Below, piece after piece: positions 29,576 to 41,478 of a stretch of DNA of 64,000 nucleotides; the first letter of the stretch is position 1; each line of letters starts with the position of its first letter. The translations under genes and the position numbers were made by a program. The DNA comes from Eledone cirrhosa. Lineage: Eukaryota. The DNA lies in assembly GCA_964016885.1 (NCBI GenBank), contig OZ024741.1:1674001-1738000 (forward strand). Direction: 5' to 3'. The notes beneath the pieces were generated by a model that searched no databases, was not told where the DNA came from, and was given only the letters and a program-made list of their open reading frames with translations.

Positions 29576-30050
29576 TGTGGTGGTGGTGGTGGTGGTAGTG
29601 GCGGTGGTGGTGGTGGTGGTAGTGGTGGTGGTGGTGGTGGTGGTAGTGGTGGTGGTAGTGGTAGTGGTGGTGGTGGTGGTGGTGGTAGTGGTGGTGGTGG
29701 TGGTAGTGGTGGTAGTGGTGGTGGTGGTGGTGGTGGTGGTGGTAGTGGTGGTGGTGGTGGTGGTGGTGGTAGTGGTGGTGGTGGTGGTAGTGGTGGTGGT
29801 GGTGGTGGTGGTGGTATTGGTTGTGGTGGTGGTAGTGGTGGTAGTGGTGGTGGTGGTGGTATGGTGGTGGTGGTAGTGGTGGTGGTAGTGGTGGTGGTAG
29901 TGGTGGTGGTGGTGGAAGAAGAAGAAGGAGAAGAAGAAGAACAACAACAACAACAATAACAAAAACAATAATAACAAGAACAACAACAAAAATAACAACA
30001 ACAACAGCAATAACAATAACAACAACAACGACAACAACAACAACAACAGT
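29576..30050. repeat. (GGT/AGT)n followed by (GAA)n and (AAC/AAT)n microsatellites
   Basis: Direct inspection. Confidence 0.95.
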
Positions 30051-30625
30051 GAAAACCTGAAGGAAAACAAGAATCAGTGGGTAGCATTCAATATAGTAAT
30101 GACCATATTGTACCAGCATCGGGTAAGAGTCATGTGAGAATCTCACCCACCTCTCAACAAAATGTTCCCTCCCTCCAGACAACACACACACACACACACA
30201 TATATATGTATATATATATATATGTCACATGGTAAACAGAATTGCGTTGATGAAATTCCTGTCATTCAGTTTCCCAGTTCATCTGTACCAACCATTAATC
30301 TTGTATCACAAGAGGGAGCCTCTATGTGGTCACTCCAATTGCTAGAAATAACTACATTATCTGCATCAAATCATACGCTACAACTTAGAAAAAGATACAC
30401 TGGTAAATATGATTGTGGCTTCATGTCTTAAAGAGAACCCATTCCTTAAAGTAGTTAAGTGTTCCGTGCACAAACCGAACAACCCCCACCCCCAGATATT
30501 CACAACAGGACTGGATTTGATCATAGGACTTTTGTATCATGGTTGACATAGGGCGAAATAACAACATCAGCTAAACTAGATCAACAAGTCCCCAAAGATT
30601 CACTAAGCTGTCTATCTATCTATCT

Positions 30626-32895
30626 TGGTCTACCCTATGAGTTTTACATAGGCATGCCGGAATTGTTCTCTAGCGTCCCGAAGCCGTCTACTGCAACTGG
30701 CAGCAGAACGGGAGAATTCCCAGTTCTGCAGGCAGGGGCGTACTAACGCTGATCAGGAAATACGAGAATAAGGGGGACGAACTAAGTAGCTTTAGGCCCA
30801 CAACTCTCCTAAACACAGAGTTAAAGATTTTGGCCAAGGTGTTAGCAACGAGGCTGGCGCTTGTCGTCGATAACCTGGTAGGGAAAGCGCAAATGTGTGC
30901 AATCCCGACCAGGTCCATACAAGACAACCTCCACCTCATGCGATACATCATAGAGAGGGTGGGGTGTAAACCCGCCTTCGGTGGGCTCTGATCAATTTAG
31001 ATCCGTCTAAGGCGTTCGATAGGGTCGACCATCGATACTTGGAAGCGGTTCACAAGGCGGCCGGTTTCGGACCCGTCTTCAGACACTGGATCAAAGCAAT
31101 GCACACCAACATCTGCTCGACGGTCACGGTGAACGGCTACCTATTGGAGCCGTTCGTAATCACGCGTTCCATCCGACAGGGATGCCCTCTCTCCTCCATT
31201 TTGTACGTACTGACTCTCGAGCCACTACTGCGGAAGTGAGAGCTTCTGCAGGGCATCTCGGTGGAACCGGGACTGCGGAAAGCGGCGTCGGTTTATGCCG
31301 ACGACGTGACAGTAATGGTGTCGAAAACCTCGGAAACCGGGGCGATCGGCAACTTACTGCAGGAATACGAAAGGCTCACAGGAGCAAAACTGAACCCGGA
31401 CAAATCTGTCGGTTTGCAACTCGGAACGTGTAGAGGCAAACCGATGCCGTCCGACAGCGTCATCGGACGCTGGACGGAATGACCGGTGAAATTGCTTGAG
31501 GTTTGGATCGGTCCGGAGCTCCAGGTGGAGAAAAACTGGAACGAGGTCACGGCCAAGTATTTGCGCTTAACCAGAAGTGGGCAGAGAGCAAACTATCCTT
31601 GAAAGGTCGAGCGGAGGTGGCGAACACTTTCATAGCGTCCGTCATCTACTACCGCTTCACCGTCGTGCCTTGTCCCCGTGAACATCTCACCAAGATGGAT
31701 CGCATACTCTTCCAGTTCCTTTGGAAGAAACAGGCTCCACAGGTGAGGAGATCCGTCTGCTGTCAGCACCCTTCCAACGGAGGGCTGGGAATGCCGTCGC
31801 TGATGATGCGCAAACATGCGCTGAGACTACGGCACCTCCAGGTATTCCTCACTGAACAACCGGTGTGACTGCCTTCTACAACTCGAGCTGCAGTCCTGGG
31901 TCAAGCGAAGACCGAAAATGGGTGCCTCTGCACCTCGAGTGCCTTCAGGTACTCTCAGCCCTCTACCAAGTGGAAACGGCAATCAGCGGAGACTCCACTT
32001 CGACATTCTATAAGGGATTAGTGGAGGATAAGTGCGACGACGTTCTCGGGGAAACTCTAGGCATCGAGGAGGACGAACTGACCAGTCTGTTCGGGAGGAT
32101 TTCCGTCCAGGACCTATGGATAACTTCCAGATGTCTCTGGCCTGGCAGTGCTACCGAGGAGCTCTACCAGTTTGAGACAAAATCAACAGGCACGGACGCC
32201 CTGGCAGAGATCCTGCCAAAAGGACCTGTCCAAGATGCGAGCAGGACATCGAAACTGTTCTGCACCCAATTGTTCAGTGCCCAGGTTGACCGACCTGTGG
32301 AATTATGTCGAACAGCTACTGTCACGTGTGGGACGCATCCAGTTGTCAGCTGAGTCCATCGTGAGGATCACCCCGCCGCCTTCATTTAAGAATGAAGGAG
32401 AGGCGGTTTTCCTCTGTATGGTGGCTATGGCGAAAGAGGTAATATGGTGGACGAGGTTAAAAGGACTGAGGGCAAAAACCTTTCTCTCCGGACAACAACT
32501 CATCCCCTTCTTTAAGTACCACTTCATAAGGAAGGTGAGAGTGGAGAGAGAGGTGCTACACCCCCAGTAAATTCACTGAAAGGTGGGTGAATGTGGCGAA
32601 AATGGCCCGAGTGAATGGGCCTTCTCTGTATATAAACCTGTAGGTTAAGCAAGTTAAACAAAGGTAAGACAGGAACACCTACAAAACGTGTTCCTGGTGT
32701 TGAGGGTTTTTCTATCCACAGAGTATAAAACAACCTTGAGGTAACGTCACCCCCCCCCCCTAATGGGGATTTCAATTGTTTTATTTTTATATAGTTTATT
32801 GTTATTTATCATTGTTAAAGATTTTATGTAAAACCCCCGCCGTCACGTCTTGTAATGTCCCATTTTTGTGCGCCCCTGTGGCAAATAAAGAAAGA
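30626..32895 (+). mobile_element. Tx1/L1-type non-LTR retrotransposon, copy 1 (divergent subfamily, 5'-truncated, decayed)
   Basis: Starts at GLPYE; RT motifs SKAFDRVDH, RQGCPLS, YADD; multiple stops and frameshifts; AATAAA at 32884; flanked by 13-bp TATCTATCTATCT at 30613-30625 and 32896-32908. Confidence 0.9.
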
Positions 32896-32929
32896 TATCT
32901 ATCTATCTTTATCTATCTATCTATCTACT

Positions 32930-34047
32930 TTAAGGCTACGGCACCTTCAGGTATTCCTCTCCGGTCAACCGGTGTGGGCCTCGTTTGTGAGGTGAGCCTT
33001 TCCCAGACTCGTCTCACTCACCGAGCTGCAATCCTGGGTCAAGCAAAGACGAGAAAACTGGGCGCCTGGCACACCGAGTGTGCCCAGGCTCTCACGGCTC
33101 TCTGGCAGGCGGACCCGGCTGTCAGTGGAGAATCCACCTCGTCATTCTATAGAGGGCTGGTGGTTAGCAGGTGCGACGACGCCCTCGGAGAAGCCCTAGG
33201 CATGGAGGAAGACGAACTGGCAAACCTGTTCGGTAGGACATTCAGCCCGGGACCCATGGATAACTTCCAGAGGTCCCTGGCCTGGCAATGTTACAGAAAG
33301 GCTCTGCCCGTTCGAGAAAGGCTCTACAGACACGGGCGCCCGGGTAGGGACCCCTCGAAAAAGATCTGTCCCAGATGCGAGTGCGACGAGGAAACCGTTG
33401 CACACGCATTGGTACACTGCTCGGGCATTGCCGATCTGTGGGGCTATGTCGAACAACTGTTGTCAAGGGTGGGACCGATCCGGTTGACCACCGAGTCTAT
33501 TGTAAAGATCAAGCCGCCTCCCCTCTTCAAAAACGAAGAAGAGGCGGTGTTTCTGTGCGTAATAGCTATGGCGAAAGAGGTTGTATGGTGGATGCGTCTG
33601 AAAGGACTGAGGTCAGGCACCTTTCTCTCTGGCCAACAACTGGTCCGTTTCTTCCGATATCATTTCGGAAGAAGAATCAGGATGGAGAGAGAGGTGCTCC
33701 ACCCCAGTCGTTTTTATGAAAGAAGGGTGAAAGTGGCGAGAATGGCCCGTGTGAATGGGCCTTCACTCTACATCAGACTATAGGTGAGGAAGAGGAAGGA
33801 ACGAGGGAGCACCCCCTCTCTGTGCTCCTGAGGAAAAGGGTTGCACACTTTTTTCGGGGGTGTGTGCGACCCCCCAGTGCGCCTCCTCTCTATTGAGGAC
33901 TTTGTTATAAATTTTATTTTTTGTTATATTTTATTTTATTTTTATATATTGTTATTGCCACCTCCTTATTGAGGACGCCTTGTTTTGTAAACTCCCCCCA
34001 TTGTACTTGTCCCGCTTTTGATGCCCTGGTGGCAAATAAAAGAAACA
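32930..34047 (+). mobile_element. Tx1/L1-type retrotransposon, copy 2 (C-terminus and 3' UTR only)
   Basis: Begins at LRLRHL; CCHC knuckle CPRCECDEETVAHALVHC; stop 33781-33783; ends AATAAAAGAAACA|TATC. Confidence 0.9.
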
Positions 34048-34061
34048 TATCTTTCTACTTA

Positions 34062-34083
34062 TGGTGGCAAATAAAAAGAAAGT
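34062..34083 (+). mobile_element. 22-nt ultra-truncated 3' tip of the same retrotransposon family
   Basis: TGGTGGCAAATAAAAAGAAAGT matches the element 3' end and sits between two copies of the target tract. Confidence 0.65.
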
Positions 34084-34116
34084 TATCTTTATCTATCTAT
34101 CTATCTATCTATCTAC

Positions 34117-37100
34117 AGCGGATCATCTAGGTCGTACCTAGATAGGTTCTTAGTTAGAATTAAGGATAAGGACTTTTTAAGTTGTCCAAAAATGCGCATG
34201 GTTGGCTATTCAGACCACAAATTAGTGACCTGCATGGTCAACCTTGACAGAACTCATAGACAGGGCCCCGGTTACTGGAAGCTCAACTTGTCCTTGCCGG
34301 CAAGTAGAGCCTACAGGAATCGGATTAGTACGTTAGTTAAGGAACGGTTGACTGGAGCGATCGTCAACAGCAGGTGGTGGGTATCTCTAAAGAGAGAGAT
34401 TAGAGTAGTCTCGATAGAATTTAGTAAGGTTCTAGCTGCGGATAGGAATAGGAAGGAAAGGGAGCTAATAGATAGAGTAGAAGAGACAATTAGAAGCGGC
34501 GACGTGGCCAGAGTGCTAGCGTCGAGAACGGCTTTGAGCCAGTTTTTCGACGCGAAGCACGAAGGCTGCGTTGTCCAAAGTAAAATACGTGCTCTAGGGA
34601 ACGAGGGGACCAAAGCTGTTAGCTGGGCCCGCGTGACAGAGGCCAACAGTGGAACTAAATCCACCATCCGGTCTTTGCGAGACCTGGATGGACGGGCGAT
34701 TCTTGAGCCTGAGCAGATGTGTGAGACCTTTCAAAGGCACTTTGCCCGACTGTTTGGGAGGGGCGGGGAGCCGGTTGGGAACGTGGACTTCGGTCCATAC
34801 CTCGACGGCCTGCCTCGCCTCTCGGACAGGGAGGCGAAGTCCTGCGAGGAGCCGATTTCGGCCGCTGAGATAGAGGACGTGCTGAGCCAATGCGGCAAAC
34901 GCAAATCCCCGGGTCTCGATGGTCTTCCTTACGAATTATATCTAGCTATGCCGGACTTGTTCCCCGATCTCCTCGAGGCGGTCTACTGCAACTGGCAACA
35001 GAACGGGAGAATTCCCTGTACTATGACCAAGGGCGTAGTCACGCTAGTGAGGAAGGACGAGAACAAGGGGGACGAAATAAGTAACTTCAGGCCCATAACT
35101 CTGCTAAATACAGAGTTACAGATTTTGGCCAAGGTGCTAGCAAAGAGGTTGGCGCTTGTCGTGGGCAACCTGGTGGGAAATGCGCAGACATGCGCTATCC
35201 CGTCCAGGTCCATCCATGACAACCTCCACCTCATGCGATACATCATAGAGAGGGTTGGGAACGAACCCGGCTATGGTGGGGCTCTGATCAATTTGGATCA
35301 ATCTAAGGCGTTCGATAGGGTCGACCATGGTTACCTGGATGCGGTGCTAGCGGCGGCAGGCTTCGGACCCGTTTTCAGGGGCTGGATCACTGCTATGCAC
35401 AGCAGCCGCATCTGCTCTAGGGTCAAGGTGAACGGCTACCTCTCGGAGACGTTCAAAATGGCGCGGTCCATCCGACAAGGGTGCCCTCTCTCCTCCCTTC
35501 TGTATGTGTTGACTCTCGAGCCACTACTGCGGAAGTTGGAGTTGTTGCAGGGCATCCCTTTGGAACCGGGATTGCGGAAAGCGGTGTCGGCCTACGCCGA
35601 TGACGTGACAGTAATGGTGTCGACGGCCTCCGAAATCGAGGCGGTCGGCACCTTACTGGAGGAGTACGAAAGGTTCACAGGGGCTAAGCTGAACCGGGAC
35701 AAGTCGATCGGTTTGCAACTCGGCACGTGGAGGGCAGACCGATGCTCTCCGATGGCGTCGTCGGACGCTAGACGGAGGGCCCGGTGAAGTTGCTCGGGGT
35801 CTGGTTCGGACCGGACCTCCAGGTGGAGAAAAACTGGGCGGAGGTTACGAACAGGGTGTTTGTACTGACCCAGAAGTGGGCCAGATGCAAACTATCCCTG
35901 AAAGGTCGGGCGGAGGTGGCGAACACCTACATAGCGTCCGTCATCTACTACCGCCTGACCGTAGTGCCCTGCCCAAGGGAAACCCTCGCCAAGATGGAGC
36001 GCGCGCTCTTCCAATTCCTTTGGAAGAGGCGGGCTCCTATGGTGAGGAGATCCATCTGCTGTCAACACCCTTCGAAAGGAGGGCTGGGGATGCCGTGGCT
36101 AATGATGCGTAAACACGCATTAAGGCTACGACACCTCTACGTATTCCTCACCGGACAACCGGTGTGGGCCTCGTTTGTGAGACGAACCTTTCCCAGACTC
36201 GTCTCACTCACCGAGCTGCAATCCTGGGTCAAGCAAAGACCGAGAAAACTGGGCGCCTGGCACACTGAGTGTGCCCAGGCGCTCACCGCCCTCTGGCAGG
36301 CGGATCCGGTTATCAGTGGAGACTCCACCGCAACATTCTATAGAGGGCTGGTACGCAGCAGTAGCGACGACGCCCTCGGAGAAGCCCTAGACATGGAGGA
36401 GGACGAACTGGCCAGCCTGTTCGGTAGGACATTCAGCCCGGGACCTATGGACAACTTCCAGAAGTCCCTGGCCTGGCAGTGCTACCGAGGGGCTTTACCC
36501 GTTCGAGAAAGGCTCTACAGACACGGGCGCCCGGGTAGGGACCCCGCCAAAAAGATCTGTCCCAGATGCGAGTGCGACGAGGAAACCGTTGCACACGCAT
36601 TGGTACACTGCTCGGGCGTAGCCGATCTGTGGGGCTATGTCGAACAACTGCTGTCAAGGGTGGGACCAATCCGGTTGACCACCGAGTCTATTGTAATGAT
36701 CAAGCCGCCTCCCCCCTTCAGAGATGAAGCAGAGGCGGTGTTTCTGTGCGTAATAGCCATGGCGAAAGAGGTTGTATGGTGGACGCGTCTGAAAGGACTG
36801 AGGTCAGGCACCTTTCTCTCTGGCCAACAACTGGTCCGTTTCTTCCGATATCATTTCGGAAGAAGGATCAGGATGGAGAGAGAGGTGCTGCACCCCAGCC
36901 GTTTCTATGAAAGATGGGTGAAAGTGGCGAGAATGGCCCGTGTGAATGGGCCTTCACTCTACATCAGACTATAGGTGAGGAAGATGAAAGACCAAGGGAG
37001 CACCCCTTCTCTGTGCTCCTGAGGAGAAGGGTTGCACACTTTTTTCGGGGGTGTGTGCGACCCCCCAAGGCGCCTCCTCTCTATTGAGGACTTTGTTATA

Positions 37101-37238
37101 AATTTTATTTTTTGTTATATCTTATTTTATTTTTATATTTTGTTATTGCCTCCTTCTTATTGAGGACGCCTTTTTGTGTAAACTCCCCCCTTTGTACTTG
37201 TCCCACTTTTGATGCCCTAGTGGCAAATAAAAGAAACA
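34117..37238 (+). mobile_element. Tx1/L1-type retrotransposon, copy 3 (5'-truncated at the end of the AP endonuclease)
   Basis: SYLDRFL, SDHK, GPGYWKLN, RT and CCHC motifs; 11-bp TATCTATCTAC at 34106-34116 and 37239-37249. Confidence 0.93.
34192..36974 (+). pseudogene. ORF2 (reverse transcriptase plus CCHC zinc knuckle) of copy 3, broken near 35730-35790
   Basis: ORFs 34192-35787 (PGLDGLP, FRPITLLN, DQSKAFDRVDH, RQGCPLS, YADD) and 35784-36974 (GGLG, CCHC) are contiguous parts of one protein. Confidence 0.9.
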
Positions 37239-37261
37239 TATCTATCTACTTATAATGACAT

Positions 37262-40200
37262 TCACTTGGACCCAGGGGGTCGACTGGTGGTGCTGGACCT
37301 TGGCAGTGGTGAAGGTAGAGCCTTTAGGCTGGTAGCCGCATATGCCCCTTTTGGGACAGAGCGGCCCGACTTTTTCCAGCGTCTGGAGTCTTTTCTAGGG
37401 ACGTCCCGTTCCCTGATTTTAGTGGGGGATTGGAATGGTATCCTGGATGAACGTTGGGACTATGTAGGGGCATGTCCCGATAGAGAGGGGTGCAACAGCC
37501 TCAAGGGGTTACTCGGCTGATTTGACCTGGCCGATAGATTTCGACTAGATTTTCCGACGATGCCAACCTGGTCTTGGTCAAATCGCAGCGGATCATCTAG
37601 GTCGTACCTAGATAGATTTTTAGTTAGAAATATAGAGAGGGACTTTTTAAGTTGTCCAGAAATGCTCATGGCTGGCTATTCAGACCACAAGTTGGTGACC
37701 TGCATGGTCAACCTTGATAGAACGCATAGACAGGGCCCCGGTTACTGGAAGCTCAACTTGTCCTTGCCGGCAAGTAGAGCTTACAGGGATCGGATTAGTA
37801 CGTTAGTTAAGGAACGGTTGACTGGAGCGATCGTCAACAGCAGGTGGTGGGTATCTCTAAAGAGAGCGATTAGAGTAGTCTCGATAGAATTTAGTAAGGT
37901 TCTAGCTGCGGATAGGAATAGGAAGGAAAGGGAGCTAATAGATAGAGTAGAAGAGGCAATTAGAAGCGGCGACGTGGCCAGAGTGCTAGCGTCGAGAACG
38001 GCTTTGAGCCAGTTTTTCGATGCCAAGCACGAAGGCTGTGTTGTCCGAAGTAAAATACGTGCTCTAGGGAACGAGGGGACCAAAGCTGTTAGCTGGGCCC
38101 GCGTGACAGAGGCCAACAGTGGAACTAAATTCACCATCCGGTCTTTGCGAGACCTGGATGGACGGGCGATTCTTGAGCCTAAGCAGATGTGTGAGGCCTT
38201 TCAAAGGCACTTTTCCCGACTGTTCGGAAGGGGCGGGGAGCCGGTTGGGAACGTGGACTTCGGTCCATACCTCGACGGCCTGCCGCGTCTCTCGGACAGG
38301 GAGGCGAAGTCCTGCAAGGAGCCGATTTCGGCCGCTGAGATAGAGGACGTGCTGAGCCAATGCGGCAAACGCAAATCCCCGGGTCTCGATGGTCTTCCTT
38401 ACGAATTATATCTAGCTATGCCGGACTTGTTCCCCGATCTCCTCGAGGCGGTCTACTGCAACTGGCAACAGAACTGAGAATTCCCTGTACTGTGACCAAG
38501 GGCGTAGTCACGCTAGTGAGGAAGGACGAGAACAAGGGGGACGAAATAAGTAACTTCAGGCCCATAACTCTGCTAAATACAGAGTTACAGATTTTGGCCA
38601 AGGTGCTAGCAAAGAGGTTGGCGCTTGTCGTGGGCAACCTGGTGGGAGATGCGCAGACATGCGCTATGCCGTCCAGTCCATCCATGACAACCTCCACCTC
38701 ATGCGATACATCATAGAGAGGGTTGGGAACGAACCCGGCTTTGGTGGGGCTCTGATCAATTTGGATCAATCTAAGGCGTTCGATAGGGTCGACCATGGTT
38801 ACCTGGATGCGGTGCTAGCGGCGGCAGGCTTCGGACCCGTTTTCAGGGGCTGGATCACTGCTATGCACAGCAGCCGCATCTGCTCTAGGGTCAAGGTGAA
38901 CGGCTACCTCTCGGAGCCGTTCAAAATCGCGCGGTCCATCCGACAAGGGTGCCCTCTCTCCTCCCTTCTGTATGTGTTGACTCTCGAGCCACTACTGCGG
39001 AAGTTGGAGTTGTTGCAGGGCATCCCTTTGGAACCGGGATTGCGGAAAGCGGTGTCAGCCTACGCCGATGACGTGACAGTAATGGTGTCGACGGCCTCCG
39101 AAATCGAGGTGGTCGGCACCTTACTGGAGGAGTACGAAAGGTTCACAGGGGCTAAGCTGAACCGGGACAAGTCGATCGGTTTGCAACTCGGCACGTGGAG
39201 GGGCAGACCGATGATCTACGATGGCGTCGTCGGACGCTGGACGGAGGGTGAAGTTGCTCGGGGTCTGGTTCGGACCGGACCGGACCTCCAGGTGGAGAAG
39301 AACTGGGCGGAGGTTACGAACAGGGTGTTTGCACTGACCCAGAAGTGGGCCAGTTGCAAACTATCCCTGAAAGGTCGGGCGGAGGTGGCGAACACTTATA
39401 TAGCGTCCGTCATCTACTACCGCCTGACCGTAGTGCCCTGCCCAAGGGAAACCCTCGCCAAGATGGAGCGCGCGCTCTTCCAATTCCTTTGGAAGAGGCG
39501 GGCACCTATGGTGAGGAGATCCATCTGCTGTCAACACCCTTCGAAAGGAGGGCTGGGGATGCCGTGGCTAATGATGCGTAAACACGCATTAAGGCTACGG
39601 CACCTCTACGTATTCCTCACCGGTCAACCGGTGTGGGCCTCGTTTGTGAAACGAACCTTTCCCAGACTCGTCTCACTCACCGAGCTGCAATCCTGGGTTA
39701 AGCAAAGACCGAGAAAACTGGGCGCCTGGCACACTGAGTGTGCCCAGGCGCTCACCGCCCTCTGGCAAGCGGATCCGGTTATCAGTGGAGACTCCACCGC
39801 AACATTCTATAGAGGGCTGGTACGCAGCAGTAGCGACGACGCCCTCGGAGAAGCCCTAGACATGGAGGAAGACGAACTGGCCAGCCTGTTCGGTAGGACA
39901 TTCAGCCCGGGACCTATGGACAACTTCCAGAAGTCCCTGGCCTGGCAGTGCTACCGAGGGGCTCTACCCGTTCGAGAAACGCTCTACAGACACGGGCGCC
40001 CGGGTTGCGACCCCGCCAAAAAGATCTGTCCCAGATGCGTGTGCGACGAGGAAACCGTTGCACACGCATTGGTACACTGCTCGGGCGTAGCCGATCTGTG
40101 GGGCTATGTCGAACAACTGCTGTCAAGGATGGGATCGATCCGGTTGACCACCGAGTCTATTGTAATGATCAAGCCGCCTCCCCCCTTCAAAGATGAAGCA

Positions 40201-40715
40201 GAGGCGGTGTTTCTGTGCGTAATAGCCATGGCGAAAGAGGTTGTATGGTGGACGCGTCTGAAAGGACTGAGGTCAGGCACCTTTCTCTCTGGCCAACAAC
40301 TGGTCGGTTTCTTCCGATATCATTTCGGAAGAAGGATCAGGATGGAGAGAGAGGTGCTCCACCCCAGTCGTTTTTATGAAAGGTGGGTGAAAGTGGCGAG
40401 AATGGCCCGTGTGAATGGGCCTTCTCTTTACATAAGCCTGTAGGTGGAAAAGAGGAAGGAACGAGGGAGCACCCCCTCTCTGTGCTCCTGAGGAAAAGTG
40501 TTGCACACTTTTATTTGGGGGGGGGGGGGCGACCCCCCCCCCCCCCCCCAAGGCGCCTCCTCTCTATTGAGGATTTTGTTATAAATTTTATTTTTTGTTA
40601 TATATTATTTTTATATATTGTTATTGCCTCCTCCTTATTGAGGACGCCTTTTTGTGTAAACTCCCCCCTTGTACTTGTCCCACTTTTGATGCCCTGGTGG
40701 CAAATAAAAGAAACA
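37262..40715 (+). mobile_element. Tx1/L1-type retrotransposon, copy 4 (longest; starts inside the AP endonuclease)
   Basis: DPGGRLVVLD, YAP, LVGDWN, SYLDRFL, SDHK; perfect 19-bp duplication TATCTACTTATAATGACAT at 37243-37261 and 40716-40734. Confidence 0.95.
37266..40443 (+). pseudogene. ORF2 (endonuclease-RT-CCHC) of copy 4 with two stops and frameshifts
   Basis: ORF pieces 37266-37520, 37560-38477, part of 38360-38716 and 38659-40443; nearly identical to the copy 3 protein where they overlap. Confidence 0.9.
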
Positions 40716-40734
40716 TATCTACTTATAATGACAT

Positions 40735-41297
40735 CTATTTTAGGCAAAAGTCCAGTAATTTTGGAGGAAGAGTAAAACGATCCGAGTAATGAACTGGTTT
40801 CTATATTTTTATCAACCACGGGAGGATGAAAGAGAAATTTGAATCCGGAACGTAAAGGGCCGTAACTATATGTTACAAAGTATTTTGTCCAACGCTCTAT
40901 CGATACTGCCAATGAACGGCCGTGCTCCACCTAGAAATAATGGTTTCTGATTTAGACACAAGGCCAGCAATTTGGGGGAGAGGTAAGTGTTTTATTTGAC
41001 CGACCTCGGCAAGATTTGAAATCAGAACGTAACGGTCCGTAACTCCATGCTGTGAAGTATGATATCTGATGCTCTACCGATACTGCGAATCCACTAACCT
41101 GCTCCACCTACTAATAATTGTTTCTACAATTGGCACAAGGCCAGCAATTATCCCAATACATTACTGGTACTTTATTTTATCGATATCGTAAGGATGTAAG
41201 GCAAAGTTAACCTCTGCGGGATTTAAACTCAGATTGTAAAGGGCAGTAACTCTGTTGCAAAGCATGGCGTCTGACCCTCTACTGATATTGCCAATTC
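40735..41297 (-). mobile_element. Three tandem degenerate tRNA-derived SINE copies (~40735-40921, 40938-41100, 41113-41297)
   Basis: Each has reverse-complement A box (CGATACTGCCA-like), B box (ATTTGAA/ATTTAAACTC) and tail (CACAAGGCCAGCAATT-like). Confidence 0.75.
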
Positions 41298-41380
41298 AAT
41301 AGCAGCGAAATATCCATCAAATCACACATCTTACTATTTTACATATGGAAGAGATATAGAAGATATAGAGATATCTATAG

Positions 41381-41440
41381 CAGCGTTTCTCAACCATTTC
41401 CCCCTAATGCAACCTTGAAATAACTTTCATATCCCGGGGA
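41381..41440. mobile_element. Possible hAT/Charlie-type MITE terminus
   Basis: CAGCGTTTCTCAACC resembles hAT-Charlie terminal inverted repeats; no partner end found. Confidence 0.3.
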
Positions 41441-41478
41441 ATTGTTATACAACATTATTACTTTATATCTTGGATATA

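Noticed and set aside
28582-30197. Poly-Thr/Pro/His/Val and YI-repeat ORFs
   Set aside because: Translations of microsatellites.
32776-33783. Intact 335-aa gene
   Set aside because: The ORF starts in the 3' UTR of copy 1 and reads through the TATC tract into copy 2; a chance fusion.
30626-40715. LTR retrotransposon or segmental duplication explaining the repeated 3' blocks
   Set aside because: Repeated blocks are LINE 3' ends with different 5' truncations and individual target duplications; no TG..CA, primer-binding site, integrase or protease.
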